Positions 1 through 8,969 of a stretch of 52,450 bases of DNA are shown here, one piece after another (positions within the stretch are counted from its first letter, which is position 1; every line of letters starts with the position of its first letter). The notes under the pieces are model-generated. The model saw nothing but the letters and a program-made list of their open reading frames with translations, was not told the origin of the DNA and ran no database searches. The translations under genes and the position numbers were made by a program. The stretch comes from a virus (taxonomy: Duplodnaviria; Caudoviricetes), in IMG/VR virus record IMGVR_UViG_3300027528_000003, positions 1-52,450 of that record; one strand, written 5' to 3'.

Positions 1-99
1 GCGTAGAGCCCGGCGGAGTAGGCGCCGTGCAGTTCGGTGACGGCGACCATCTCGATCCAGGCCTGGGAGGTGGCCGGGTCGACGAGCTTCGCGATGGCC
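1..99. repeat. Terminal direct repeat, copy 1 (probable circular-assembly overlap)
   Basis: 1-99 is identical to 52352-52450 and lies inside a gene that reads through the junction. Confidence 0.95.
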
Positions 100-518
100 T
101 GTTTGGTCTTTTCCAGGCCCCAGTCCTCGGCGGCGGCCTGGGTCAGGGTTCCCCGGATGGTCTCGAAGGTGTTCTGGGGCCAGCGGGCGGCGGAGAGGCG
201 GTCGTGGACGGTGTTGAGGTAGAGCGCGCGTTGGGCTTCCTCGCCCAGGCTTGCCAGGCCGCCGGGAGCCGGTTGGGGATGGGCGGCCTGGTAGGACGCG
301 CTGAACGCTTCACCGGCAAGGGGTTCCACCACCGTGTTGAGGTCACGGGTGAAGTCCTCCACGGTGGGCAGCAGATCGACGGACGGCACCACGTAGGGGT
401 TGGTGGTCCACTGGGTCTGGATCTCCTGGTTCACCCGTCCCAGCCAGCGGTCCACGGCTCCGCGGATGCCTTTGCGGAACCTGCCCAGCCATCCGGCCTC
501 CCCGGGGATCTGTGCCAT
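1..518 (-). CDS. 5' part of MuF-like/capsid maturation protease fusion (continues at 52351-49585)
   Basis: ATG at 518 just after the portal stop; MAQIPGEAGW... is in frame with MVAVTELHG across the junction; total about 1094 aa. Confidence 0.85.
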   Translation of the reverse strand, partial: MAQIPGEAGWLGRFRKGIRGAVDRWLGRVNQEIQTQWTTNPYVVPSVDLLPTVEDFTRDLNTVVEPLAGEAFSASYQAAHPQPAPGGLASLGEEAQRALYLNTVHDRLSAARWPQNTFETIRGTLTQAAAEDWGLEKTKQAIAKLVDPATSQAWIEMVAVTELHGAYSAGLY

Positions 519-520
519 GG

Positions 521-2413
521 CTACGCTCCCAGCGCCCGGACCAGGAGCAGCGGCTCGTGGCGTTCCCCGGTGGCGAGCAGGCCGCGCACGTAGGAGTCCA
601 GCTTCAGGCGGGTCGCTGAGTCGACTCCGGCGGCGTCCAGCAGTTCCCAGGCGCCGTCCATCAGCCGGTCCAGGTCACTGACCGCCGGGCGGATCTGCGT
701 GTGCAGGTCCCAGGCGGCCAGCTGCATATGGGCAAGCCGGTTGCGGGTGGAGCGGTCCAGCAGCCGTTTCCCGGCGATCTCCAGCGCTCTTCGACAGGCC
801 ATGTCGGCGGCCATCACCGGCAGCCGTGCCCCGGCCCCGGCGGTGATGGCCGGGGCGCTGGCAGACGCTGGCGAGGCCGTGGGCGGGGCGCCGGCCGACG
901 GGGCGCCGGTGCGTGTCTGGGTGCTGGAGGCGGGCACCGGGGGGGTGGCGGTGGTCTTGTTGGTGCCGGGTACGGGTACCCCGCCGGGCAGGGTGCCGCG
1001 TTCGGTCACGGTGGTGCGTACGGCTTCGGGGACACCGAGGCCGGTGACGCCCAGCGCCGGGAGGACGATCTGCGCGCCGATGGGTGTCGCGGCCAGCTCC
1101 ATCAGGATCTTGAACTTGAGTTCTTCCTGGGTGGGGGCGTCGGCCTGGTCGAAGCCGCACTCGCGGCGCAGCGCATCCAGCCCGATCGCGTTCAGGCCGT
1201 ACAGCTGGATGGCTTCCACGGGCCGGTTGGGGCGCAGCGTGAGGACGTCGGTGTCCCCGGCGACCACGACGTCTGTGGTGTCGTAGCCCATCTGCTTCAT
1301 CAGCGGGTGCAGCCACATGCGGGTGATGGCGCCGGTGATGATGTCCAGCAGCGGGCGTACGTGGAGCTTGACGGCGCTCTCGTCCAGGGACCACGCGGAC
1401 CAGTGGTTGAGGTCGCCCAGGCCGAGCATGATCTCGGGGGGGATGTCGAGACTGATGGCGAGTTTCTTCAGGTGCAGGTTCTCGATGTCCACGGACTGGG
1501 AGTCGAAGGCCGTGCTGAGGTCGAGGTGTTTGAGCTTGTCGGCGGCGGCGTCGGGCATCCGGAGCACGATCGGCACGACGGCGGCGGCGCTGTCGCGGTT
1601 GCTGATCGGGGTGACCATCGCCTCCACGAGGTCGTTCATGAACGGGTCGTCGTGGACCTGCTGGGCGGCGTCCTGGGGGGATGCTGCGGCGATGGTGGCG
1701 GATTCGGGCACCGCGAGGATTCCGGCCCCGGCCAGTCGGGAGTCGACCGTGGCCAGGAAGTGCGCGTTCATCGCGCAGAGGACCCGCATCACCGGCAGGG
1801 CGGCTTTGCACTGGGAGTCGGCTTCCCAGGCGCGGCGCGGGTGCGGGCGCCACACGCGGGCGAACAGCGCCAGGTCGGGGTCGATGTCGGCGGTGGTGTA
1901 GTCGTCGCGGCGGACGCGGATCATGCCGCCGGGGCGGAACTCGACCTCTTCGCGGCTGAATGATCCCCAGCAGCGCTCGGGTTCGCGGCCGGGCATGTCG
2001 GGCTGCTCGTCCCAGGCGGCCACGAAGGACTCCCCGGGGACCGAGAGGTGGGTGGCGATGCGGTGCATGAACTGGATCTGTCCGGAGGGCCCGTTGGCGA
2101 AGCTGTCCAGCAGACCTTGCAGGCGCAGGTCGCTGACGGGGTTGGGGTTGCCGTCGCCGTCGCCGCGCGGGTCCATCTTGCCGACGTAGAGAGTGCAGCG
2201 GGATACCGCGTTGGCCAGCCAGCCGATGCCGTAGCGCAGCTCACCCAGGCGGTCGTAGTAGTTCCAGGCGTCCATCTGCCACGGCAGCCCGGCCCTCGGG
2301 GCGGTCTGCATGTTCTCGCGGGTGATCTGTACGGCAGCGGCGGTCAGTACCGGGGCCTGCTGGCCGGTCTTGGGCGACTTGTAGGTACGTGAGCGCCAGG
2401 TCCATGCAGGCAT
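521..2413 (-). CDS. Portal protein
   Basis: 630 aa; WQMDAWNYYDRLGELRY, WRPHPRR, SRLAGAGIL and NHWSAW motifs of actinophage portals; lies between TerL and MuF; GGAGG RBS. Confidence 0.9.
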   Translation of the reverse strand: MPAWTWRSRTYKSPKTGQQAPVLTAAAVQITRENMQTAPRAGLPWQMDAWNYYDRLGELRYGIGWLANAVSRCTLYVGKMDPRGDGDGNPNPVSDLRLQGLLDSFANGPSGQIQFMHRIATHLSVPGESFVAAWDEQPDMPGREPERCWGSFSREEVEFRPGGMIRVRRDDYTTADIDPDLALFARVWRPHPRRAWEADSQCKAALPVMRVLCAMNAHFLATVDSRLAGAGILAVPESATIAAASPQDAAQQVHDDPFMNDLVEAMVTPISNRDSAAAVVPIVLRMPDAAADKLKHLDLSTAFDSQSVDIENLHLKKLAISLDIPPEIMLGLGDLNHWSAWSLDESAVKLHVRPLLDIITGAITRMWLHPLMKQMGYDTTDVVVAGDTDVLTLRPNRPVEAIQLYGLNAIGLDALRRECGFDQADAPTQEELKFKILMELAATPIGAQIVLPALGVTGLGVPEAVRTTVTERGTLPGGVPVPGTNKTTATPPVPASSTQTRTGAPSAGAPPTASPASASAPAITAGAGARLPVMAADMACRRALEIAGKRLLDRSTRNRLAHMQLAAWDLHTQIRPAVSDLDRLMDGAWELLDAAGVDSATRLKLDSYVRGLLATGERHEPLLLVRALGA

Positions 2414-2426
2414 CCGGGCCTCCTGG

Positions 2427-2798
2427 TCAGATCTCGTCGCGGCGGGCGGGGGCCTCAAGCAGCGTGGCGGGCGGCAGGTCGTCCTGGTGGATGTAGAGGT
2501 GGCGCGGGGGCGGGGGCTGGTCCAGCCACGATGCGGTGATGCCGTAGAGCCAGGACACCGTCAGGGCCAGTGCCGGGACCTCGAACCACGGTGAGCGGCC
2601 GTGCCACCAGGCCAGGGGCGCCAGTGCGGCGGCGATCCACAGTCCGGCGCACCAGTAGCACTCGGCCAGGGTGCCGAGCCAGTCCGCGCGGCGCTGGCAC
2701 CAGTCGCGCAGGGGCCGGGTGATGGTGTCGTCGGTGAGCAGGCGCGTGAGGCGGAAGTGTGCGCCGAGGAGGAGTAGCAGTACGGGCAGGGAGATCAC
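2427..2798 (-). CDS. DUF1360-like membrane protein
   Basis: RLTRLLTDDTI...CYWC motif, hydrophobic segments, directly upstream of portal. Confidence 0.75.
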   Translation of the reverse strand: MISLPVLLLLLGAHFRLTRLLTDDTITRPLRDWCQRRADWLGTLAECYWCAGLWIAAALAPLAWWHGRSPWFEVPALALTVSWLYGITASWLDQPPPPRHLYIHQDDLPPATLLEAPARRDEI

Positions 2799-2872
2799 GC
2801 TTCGTACGGTACGCGCCGGTTGGGGGCGTATGGCAGTGGCTGGGCCGTTTGGACGGAAACCTGTATCCGGTC

Positions 2873-3820
2873 TGCGCGGATGGAAACGGGGCGGTTGTGA
2901 AACCCTGGCATACCAGCGCGACAGGGTGCGCGAGCACCGGTAAGCTCGCGCACCACCACCAGCCCCAGCCCCAGGAGTCGCGCAGATGTCCGCGCACCAC
3001 GACCAGCCCAGTACCTTGCGTGCGCGGACCGCCGCGCAGCCCGCCTTCTACATCAGCCGCGCAGTGGCGTGCGTGGTGCTGGTGGCCGCGCTGGTGATGT
3101 GCGCGCCCGGAGAGCACGATCTCGCGCAGCGCGCGGGCTACGGCGCGGACATCAGCTGGCTCGCGCCGGTGATCCTGTCGCTCTACGCGGCCACCGCCAT
3201 CGGCATCACCAGCAGCATGGAGGACGGCGCCCCGCGCAGGCGCTCCGCGCAGATCGCCTGCTTCGTATCCTCTGCGCTCGCGCTCTGCGCGCAGGTCGCC
3301 GTCCACCTGATCGAAGCCCACTACCTGCCCTCGCGCAGCTACTGGACCACCGCCGGGTTCTCGATGATGCCGGTCATCGCCGCCGCGCACATGATGCACC
3401 TGATCTCGCGCCCCCGGCAGACCGGTGCGCGGACCCTGCGCGGGATCACCTCGCGCACCACGGGCACCGCCGCCCGCGCACTGCGCGTGGTGCCCGCGCA
3501 GCCGCCGGTGATGCCCGCGCAGCCCGCGCCGCGCACCCCGGCGCCCGCCGCGCAGAGGCCCGCGCACCACGCCCCGCAGAGGGCTGTGGGAGTGCGCGAG
3601 GCTTCGCGCGAGACCGGGGTGAGCGAGTCCACGCTGCGCGGCTGGATCAAGTCCGGGTTCGTTATCAACCGCAACCCCGACGGCGAGCCGCCGCGCGTGT
3701 TCGTGCGCGATGTGCGCGACCACCAGGCCGCGCAGAAGAAGCTCACCCCGTGAACCCGCTGAGCGAGCCCGCGCAGCGGCTCACCTTCGGCGGCGGCACG
3801 TGCGCGGACCTGTTCGCGCA
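2873..3820. repeat. Dense dispersed CGCGCA/TGCGCG motif cluster
   Basis: About 33 copies by manual count in about 950 bp. Confidence 0.85.
2986..3753 (+). CDS. Multi-pass membrane protein with C-terminal HTH (DUF2637/Spd-like architecture)
   Basis: About 4 hydrophobic helices, Pro/Ala linker, VREASRETGVSESTLRGWIK HTH; AGGAG RBS. Confidence 0.7.
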   Translation: MSAHHDQPSTLRARTAAQPAFYISRAVACVVLVAALVMCAPGEHDLAQRAGYGADISWLAPVILSLYAATAIGITSSMEDGAPRRRSAQIACFVSSALALCAQVAVHLIEAHYLPSRSYWTTAGFSMMPVIAAAHMMHLISRPRQTGARTLRGITSRTTGTAARALRVVPAQPPVMPAQPAPRTPAPAAQRPAHHAPQRAVGVREASRETGVSESTLRGWIKSGFVINRNPDGEPPRVFVRDVRDHQAAQKKLTP

Positions 3821-3944
3821 GCTGTCGCTGTGGTGCCACGAGCACCCCGATGCGATGCCGGTCATGGTCCACGCCCAACTCCTGGACCCCCGGCACACCG
3901 AGCCCGGCGAAACCATGCAGCTCTCGGTTTGGGTCGAGCAGTGA
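3750..3944 (+). CDS. Hypothetical protein
   Basis: GTGA overlap with the upstream gene. Confidence 0.6.
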   Translation: MNPLSEPAQRLTFGGGTCADLFAQLSLWCHEHPDAMPVMVHAQLLDPRHTEPGETMQLSVWVEQ

Positions 3945-4213
3945 GCGGGCCGGGGTGGACGTGGGTGGATGACATCCTGGCGGGGCTGGTGTCGGTGCAG
4001 ATCGGATTGGCGGCGTGGTCCTGGCGCAAGGCGCTGCGGTTCACCCGAGCGCTGTACCAGGCCGGGCGCGGCCCCGACCCGGCCACGCAGATCGCCTGGA
4101 TCCTGGCCCAGCACGAACGCGCACTGGTGTGGACCAAGTGGGCCATGCTCTGCACCGCCGTCCCCACTATCGGCGTGGCCGTGTGGGGACTACTGGATGT
4201 ATCCCTGCACTAG
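3941..4213 (+). CDS. Small two-TM membrane protein
   Basis: GTGA overlap; two hydrophobic segments. Confidence 0.6.
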   Translation: MSGPGWTWVDDILAGLVSVQIGLAAWSWRKALRFTRALYQAGRGPDPATQIAWILAQHERALVWTKWAMLCTAVPTIGVAVWGLLDVSLH

Positions 4214-4223
4214 CGGCTGAACG

Positions 4224-4256
4224 CAGCCCCACCCGCGCCGAGCCCGGGTGGGGCTG
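4224..4256. terminator. Probable bidirectional terminator hairpin
   Basis: CAGCCCCACCCG / CGGGTGGGGCTG 12-bp inverted repeat between convergent genes. Confidence 0.7.
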
Positions 4257-4264
4257 TGCGGTGT

Positions 4265-4492
4265 TCAGGCTCCGGCCGCGCGCTCCAGATCCGCCACGGT
4301 GATGAGGTCGCCGGCATGAGCATCACGGACGAATTCGAGACTGAAGCGGCGCTCCCCGCCCAGTACCACCCCGTACGCCACCAGGCAGGCCGGGTGGTCG
4401 GCGTAGCGGCCCGGGAGCCAGGAGCCGTTCCAGGAGATCGTGAAGCCGTCCAGTCCCCCGGCCAGCGGATGGATCTGCAGTCCCTCGCTCAT
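4265..4492 (-). CDS. Hypothetical protein
   Basis: MSEGLQIH..., ATGA-coupled to the upstream gene, AAGGA RBS. Confidence 0.6.
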   Translation of the reverse strand: MSEGLQIHPLAGGLDGFTISWNGSWLPGRYADHPACLVAYGVVLGGERRFSLEFVRDAHAGDLITVADLERAAGA

Positions 4493-5076
4493 GTTGATCC
4501 TTTGCGTTCGGGCCGGTTGGACGGGCCGCCTTCGTCGTAGCGGGCTCTGGCCATCCGTCCCATGATCTCCTCGATCTGGGGCCATTCCACATAGTCCGCC
4601 AGGATGATGCGCTCGCGGTGGTCCCGTTCGGCGATGTCCGCCACCCGGGTCCAGCCCAGGGCCATGTCGCGGGCCTCCGCAGGGGTGACCTGGCCGCGCC
4701 TGGAGCCGCGCCGCAGCATCACGAAGGGCTTGCCGTGGATGGTGGCGCCGCCTTCCACGCCGATCACGGGGCGGCCGGTGGTGGCGTAGAGGTGGGCGCG
4801 GCGGGCACGGATGCGGTCCATCATCCGCCCGACCCTGCGCAGATCCCCATCGAAGGTCTCGGTCAGTTCCAGCACCAGCGATGCGTCGACCTCGGAACAG
4901 TTGGCTGCGGCGAACATGTCGCGGGCGGTCACGTGGGCGCGGTCCAGCGGGACGGCCGCGAAGAACGTGCCCCAGTGCACGAGCACCACCGGCAGTTCAG
5001 TGTCGGGATCCAGGCTTGCCTCAACCCAGAGGCTCGGGTCGTTCTCGTCGTGGATGAAGCGGTGCGTGTCGGTCAT
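4489..5076 (-). CDS. Hypothetical protein
   Basis: 195-aa ORF with protein-like composition. Confidence 0.7.
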   Translation of the reverse strand: MTDTHRFIHDENDPSLWVEASLDPDTELPVVLVHWGTFFAAVPLDRAHVTARDMFAAANCSEVDASLVLELTETFDGDLRRVGRMMDRIRARRAHLYATTGRPVIGVEGGATIHGKPFVMLRRGSRRGQVTPAEARDMALGWTRVADIAERDHRERIILADYVEWPQIEEIMGRMARARYDEGGPSNRPERKGST

Positions 5077-5156
5077 CGGTACAGTCTGCCGTGGACGGAC
5101 CGGCCAAAGCTGCGTCCCCGCCGGGCCCTACGCCGGTCATCGGGGCCCGGCACTGA

Positions 5157-5187
5157 CGTCCCGCCGGGTCCGTTTCCCGGCGGGACG
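5157..5187 (-). terminator. Hairpin downstream of terL
   Basis: CGTCCCGCCGGG / CCCGGCGGGACG inverted repeat. Confidence 0.6.
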
Positions 5188-5194
5188 CCGTGCA

Positions 5195-6718
5195 TCAGTA
5201 GGTGCGGCGCACGGGGGCGCCGCCACGCGGCTGTACAGAAGCGCGGGAGATGTCGGTGGCGGTGGTGACGGCTTTGCCCGCCCCCGGTACCCGCAGCAGC
5301 GCATACCCCAGGTACACCGAGGCGTCGATACGGCCGGGGCTGTCGGGGTCGTCGGGCTGCCAGGTGGCCCATTCGTTCTCGAGATCGGGGAGGTAGAACC
5401 CGAAGCGGATGCGGTCTTCGATGACCTGCTGGGCGATGGGGTCTGCGCGCAGCAGCTTGCCTACCTTGGCGCGGACCGGCTTGACCCGGGGACACAGCGT
5501 TCCCTCGGGGATCAGTTCCTCGTGCTGCATGGCGGTCCAGGCCGTGCGCACGGCCAGGGTGGCCTGGTCGCCGCCGAAGTTGGTCTCCACCACGATCAGT
5601 TGAGCGTCGGTGTCGTAGGCCAGCTGACAGGCCGCCCTGGACCACTGCGCGCTGGACATGTGGGCGGTGCGGTCGTGGGTCCAGTACAGGCGCTGGTCCT
5701 CGCCCAGGTAGCCGCCGATGATTCCGGCTTCGTCCCGGCCGCCGCCGGACGGGTCCACCGCCACCGCCACCCGCATCGGCGCCGGGGGCTCCTGGAAGTG
5801 GCGTGCGCGTTCCAGCTGCTCCCTTGAGAGCAGGGCGCCTTCGGCGGGTTTGGGGTCGCCCTGGTAGAGGGCGCCCCAGTCGCGGGCCTTGGTCTCGGCT
5901 TTCTTCTTGGACCAGTGCGCGGTGAGCAGACGGATGTTGCTGTCCGGGATGGCCGGGTGGGTCAGGGGGTCGCCGGGGGCGCGGTGCAGCGGATCGTCCG
6001 GGGCGGAGCTTATGGCCGGGAGGTGCAACACAATCCACTTGCCGCCCCGGGCCTTGACGCCCTCGTAGTGCATCAGGCGTCCGGCCAGGTCGTCTTCGTG
6101 CCAGCGGGTCATCAGCAGCACTACGGGGGTGCCCGGCCGCAGCCGGGACATGAACGTGGAGGACCACCAGTCCCAGACGTGTTCGCGCATCAGCCGCGAG
6201 TCGGCTTCCTTGCGGTCTTTGTGGGGGTCGTCGCAGATCGCCAGAGTCGCGGGGAAGCCGGTCAGTGACCCGCCCACGCCCACGGCGCGCATGCCTCCGC
6301 CTGCGGTGGTGGACCAGTCGTAGACGGAGGCTTCGCCGCGCTGTATCCGCAGCCCGAACTGGGCGCCGTGTTCGAACACGTGACGGCGCACTACGCGGGA
6401 GTGCTTCAGGGCCAGGGATGCGGCGTAGGACCCCAGCACGACCTTGGCGCGGGGTTCGCGGGCGAGCCACCAGAACGGCAGCGACTGCGAGACCAGCGTG
6501 GATTTGCCTACCTGCGGCGGGGTGGTGATCAGGAGGCGGTCATCTGGGCCCAGCTGTCCCAGGGTCTGTCCGATCAGGCGGGTGTGGGCGCGGATCTGGA
6601 AGTGGCGCGGGTCCAGGTACTTGGCCATCGTGGCGGGGTTCTTCAGGGCGGCCAGGCGGCGCATCTCCGCGCGCAGCTCCACGTCGGACATGTCGTGGTA
6701 GACAGCGAGGTCACTCAT
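5195..6718 (-). CDS. terL: Terminase large subunit
   Basis: Walker A PPQVGKST, Walker B AICDDP, MTRWHEDDLAG, nuclease motif VAVDPSGG. Confidence 0.95.
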   Translation of the reverse strand: MSDLAVYHDMSDVELRAEMRRLAALKNPATMAKYLDPRHFQIRAHTRLIGQTLGQLGPDDRLLITTPPQVGKSTLVSQSLPFWWLAREPRAKVVLGSYAASLALKHSRVVRRHVFEHGAQFGLRIQRGEASVYDWSTTAGGGMRAVGVGGSLTGFPATLAICDDPHKDRKEADSRLMREHVWDWWSSTFMSRLRPGTPVVLLMTRWHEDDLAGRLMHYEGVKARGGKWIVLHLPAISSAPDDPLHRAPGDPLTHPAIPDSNIRLLTAHWSKKKAETKARDWGALYQGDPKPAEGALLSREQLERARHFQEPPAPMRVAVAVDPSGGGRDEAGIIGGYLGEDQRLYWTHDRTAHMSSAQWSRAACQLAYDTDAQLIVVETNFGGDQATLAVRTAWTAMQHEELIPEGTLCPRVKPVRAKVGKLLRADPIAQQVIEDRIRFGFYLPDLENEWATWQPDDPDSPGRIDASVYLGYALLRVPGAGKAVTTATDISRASVQPRGGAPVRRTY

Positions 6719-7322
6719 CTTCTTCGCCCATCAGCTCCAGTACGTCCTCGGCGTCGATGCCGCCGGAGCCCAGGCGCCGCGCCAGCTCCATCGCAGCGGA
6801 TTCCATCTGCGCGCGCCGGGTGCCTTCATCGGCCGGCACTGAGGTGACCGTGATGGGGCCGCGTCCGGGGCCGGACAGCTGCACGCTGGTGTCGGGCTCG
6901 CCCAGGGCCACGCGGGCCAGCTTCGAGTACAGCTCGGCCATGCGCGTCAGCTCGGTCGCCGACAGGACGGAGGGGTCCAGTCCCTCCATCCCGGCGGAGA
7001 CTTTCCCGAGTACCTGCTTGGACAGGCGCAGGTGCTCCCTGACCATGGCGCGGGAGTTCTCGTCCAGGGCCGCGAGCCACTGGCGGTCCATGTGGGCGTC
7101 ATAGGCGCCGCAGCGTTCGTTCCAGCGCCAGGTGTAGGCGTACTGCTGGGCGGTGCGGTGGGTGATCTTCAGTCTTTCCGCCGCCCGCTTCAGCGTGCGC
7201 GTTCGCCCCAGGTCGCGGTACAGGGCGAACTGGTTCCAGCGGTTCAGGGATTCGCCGGGCTGGCGGTCCCAGGCGTCGCGGTCGTCGTCGCGCACGACGA
7301 TAGGCGCTTTGGGTTCAGCCAT
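6711..7322 (-). CDS. terS: Terminase small subunit
   Basis: WDRQPGES...FALYRDLG..RTL HTH and WRWNERCGAYD; overlaps terL. Confidence 0.75.
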   Translation of the reverse strand: MAEPKAPIVVRDDDRDAWDRQPGESLNRWNQFALYRDLGRTRTLKRAAERLKITHRTAQQYAYTWRWNERCGAYDAHMDRQWLAALDENSRAMVREHLRLSKQVLGKVSAGMEGLDPSVLSATELTRMAELYSKLARVALGEPDTSVQLSGPGRGPITVTSVPADEGTRRAQMESAAMELARRLGSGGIDAEDVLELMGEEDE

Positions 7323-8226
7323 CGGTGACCACCATGCCCTTCGCGGAGCGGGCGTCGGCCAGGGCCATCGCCTTCGCGGTCTCCTGGTCCAGGGTGCCGC
7401 ACAGCGTCAGCTTCTCTCTGAAGTACGCCACGGTGCTGATGCGCTCGGCCTTGCAGGTCTCGCACCAGCCGTTCCGGCGCTGTCCGCACGCGCACACGAT
7501 GGGGGTGTTGCCGTGCCATTCGTGGGCGTCGATCAGGGCCAGGTCGCCGTCCTGCATGTCCAGGGCGATACGCCAGCGCGGGAACACGAACACCCCGCCC
7601 GAATAGGTGCCGCGCCGGAAGCAGGTCAGGGTGGAGAACCCGGTGGCCAGGTCTCCGGCGTCCTGGTGGACGCCGGTGGGGTAGGTGTTGTTGACCGTGA
7701 CCGTGGAGAACGGCGTCCCGGGTACCGACCACTCGGGCGGGGTCTGCGAGACGGCTTTCATCTGGACGGCGAAGCGGTCCGGTACGTGGCGGGCGAACTC
7801 CAGCGAGACGTCGCGCAGCAGGGGAGCCAGGGCCTGCCACTGGGGCAGGTTCTGGCCGGTCCACGCGGTCAGGCGGCAGTACTTGTGATGTCCGGCGGCG
7901 TCGAATGCCCCGGCGATCGCGCTGGGGACGGGCAGGGCCCGGGTCTTGTTGCCGGAGCCTGACTTGACGCGTTCGGAGCCGGAGGCCGATCCGCGGTTCT
8001 CGGTGCGTGAGGATCGCAGCGCGTGGAGGATCTCGTAGGTGTCCGGGTTCTGGGTGTGCTGGCGCAGCACCCCGGGCAGGTACACCACCAGCGGCTGCCC
8101 GTTGGGCTTGAGGACGCGCGCCGGGCCGGTGAGCAGGGCGTTGTAGTCGGCGGGGCCCAGGATCTTGCCGATCTTGCCGTCGAGTTCGCTGTCGGGGATG
8201 CGTGTGCGCAGCCGCATCTCGATCAT
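7315..8226 (-). CDS. TET/JBP-like 2OG-Fe(II) dioxygenase (5-methylpyrimidine oxygenase)
   Basis: FSTVTVN..TGVHQDAGD (HxD), HEWHGN (distal His), ERISTVAYFRE (2OG-binding Arg). Confidence 0.85.
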   Translation of the reverse strand: MIEMRLRTRIPDSELDGKIGKILGPADYNALLTGPARVLKPNGQPLVVYLPGVLRQHTQNPDTYEILHALRSSRTENRGSASGSERVKSGSGNKTRALPVPSAIAGAFDAAGHHKYCRLTAWTGQNLPQWQALAPLLRDVSLEFARHVPDRFAVQMKAVSQTPPEWSVPGTPFSTVTVNNTYPTGVHQDAGDLATGFSTLTCFRRGTYSGGVFVFPRWRIALDMQDGDLALIDAHEWHGNTPIVCACGQRRNGWCETCKAERISTVAYFREKLTLCGTLDQETAKAMALADARSAKGMVVTDG

Positions 8227-8969
8227 CGGGTCACCGGCCGGGGTGCGGGGCGGAAGGCGAGTTCGCCGGGGCGGGTGGCGTGCGGGCGCAGGTACTGGGG
8301 CCAGCGCCGTACCAGTTCCTGGCACAGGGCCTGCTCGTCGGCGGGGGTGCGGTTGGCTACGGCGCCGCCCCGGTTGCTGTAGTGCGCGTAGGACGCGGTG
8401 ATCATGTCCAGGCGGGCTACTTTGCCGTGCAGGTGCAGGTGGGCACAGGTGTAGTCGTAGTCCTCTTTGAAGGGCAGCGTCTGGTCCCAGACGGGGATGG
8501 CGGTGTCGGTGGCGCACAGCGAGCCGATGATGAAGCCGTAATCCAGCTGTTTGCCCCGGGCGAAGTAGGCGTTGTCTGTCGGGGGGACGCCGACCAGGTG
8601 AGCGGTGCCGTCCAGGGCGTTGAGGATCTTCTCGCGGACGTGGGTCCAGGCGATGGGGAAGGGCTTCGCGCCGTCGGTTGCGGGGATGTGCCTGAAGCCT
8701 TTGCAGTCGTCGTCGGTCTGGATGCAGACCACGCCCTTGCTGGTGGCGTCGTAGAGGGCGGCGTTGCGTGCTGCGGCCAGGGCGTAGCCCGGTGGCGGGG
8801 GGTTCTTGACGGCCAGCACCCACTCGGCTCCGGCCTGCCGGTAGTCGTAGCGTTCATCGGCCGGCACGACCCACACGAGCGGGTCCGGGGCGAAGCGTGC
8901 GGTCATGGCGGGTACGTTGCCGGGGCGTCCGGCGCTGATCACGTACACCTGGTGGGCGCGGGTCACCAT
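8223..8969 (-). CDS. TET-associated GT-A fold glycosyltransferase
   Basis: YVISAGRP, ARN, QTDDD (DxD), KEDYDY, GG near the C-terminus; coupled to the dioxygenase. Confidence 0.8.
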   Translation of the reverse strand: MVTRAHQVYVISAGRPGNVPAMTARFAPDPLVWVVPADERYDYRQAGAEWVLAVKNPPPPGYALAAARNAALYDATSKGVVCIQTDDDCKGFRHIPATDGAKPFPIAWTHVREKILNALDGTAHLVGVPPTDNAYFARGKQLDYGFIIGSLCATDTAIPVWDQTLPFKEDYDYTCAHLHLHGKVARLDMITASYAHYSNRGGAVANRTPADEQALCQELVRRWPQYLRPHATRPGELAFRPAPRPVTR

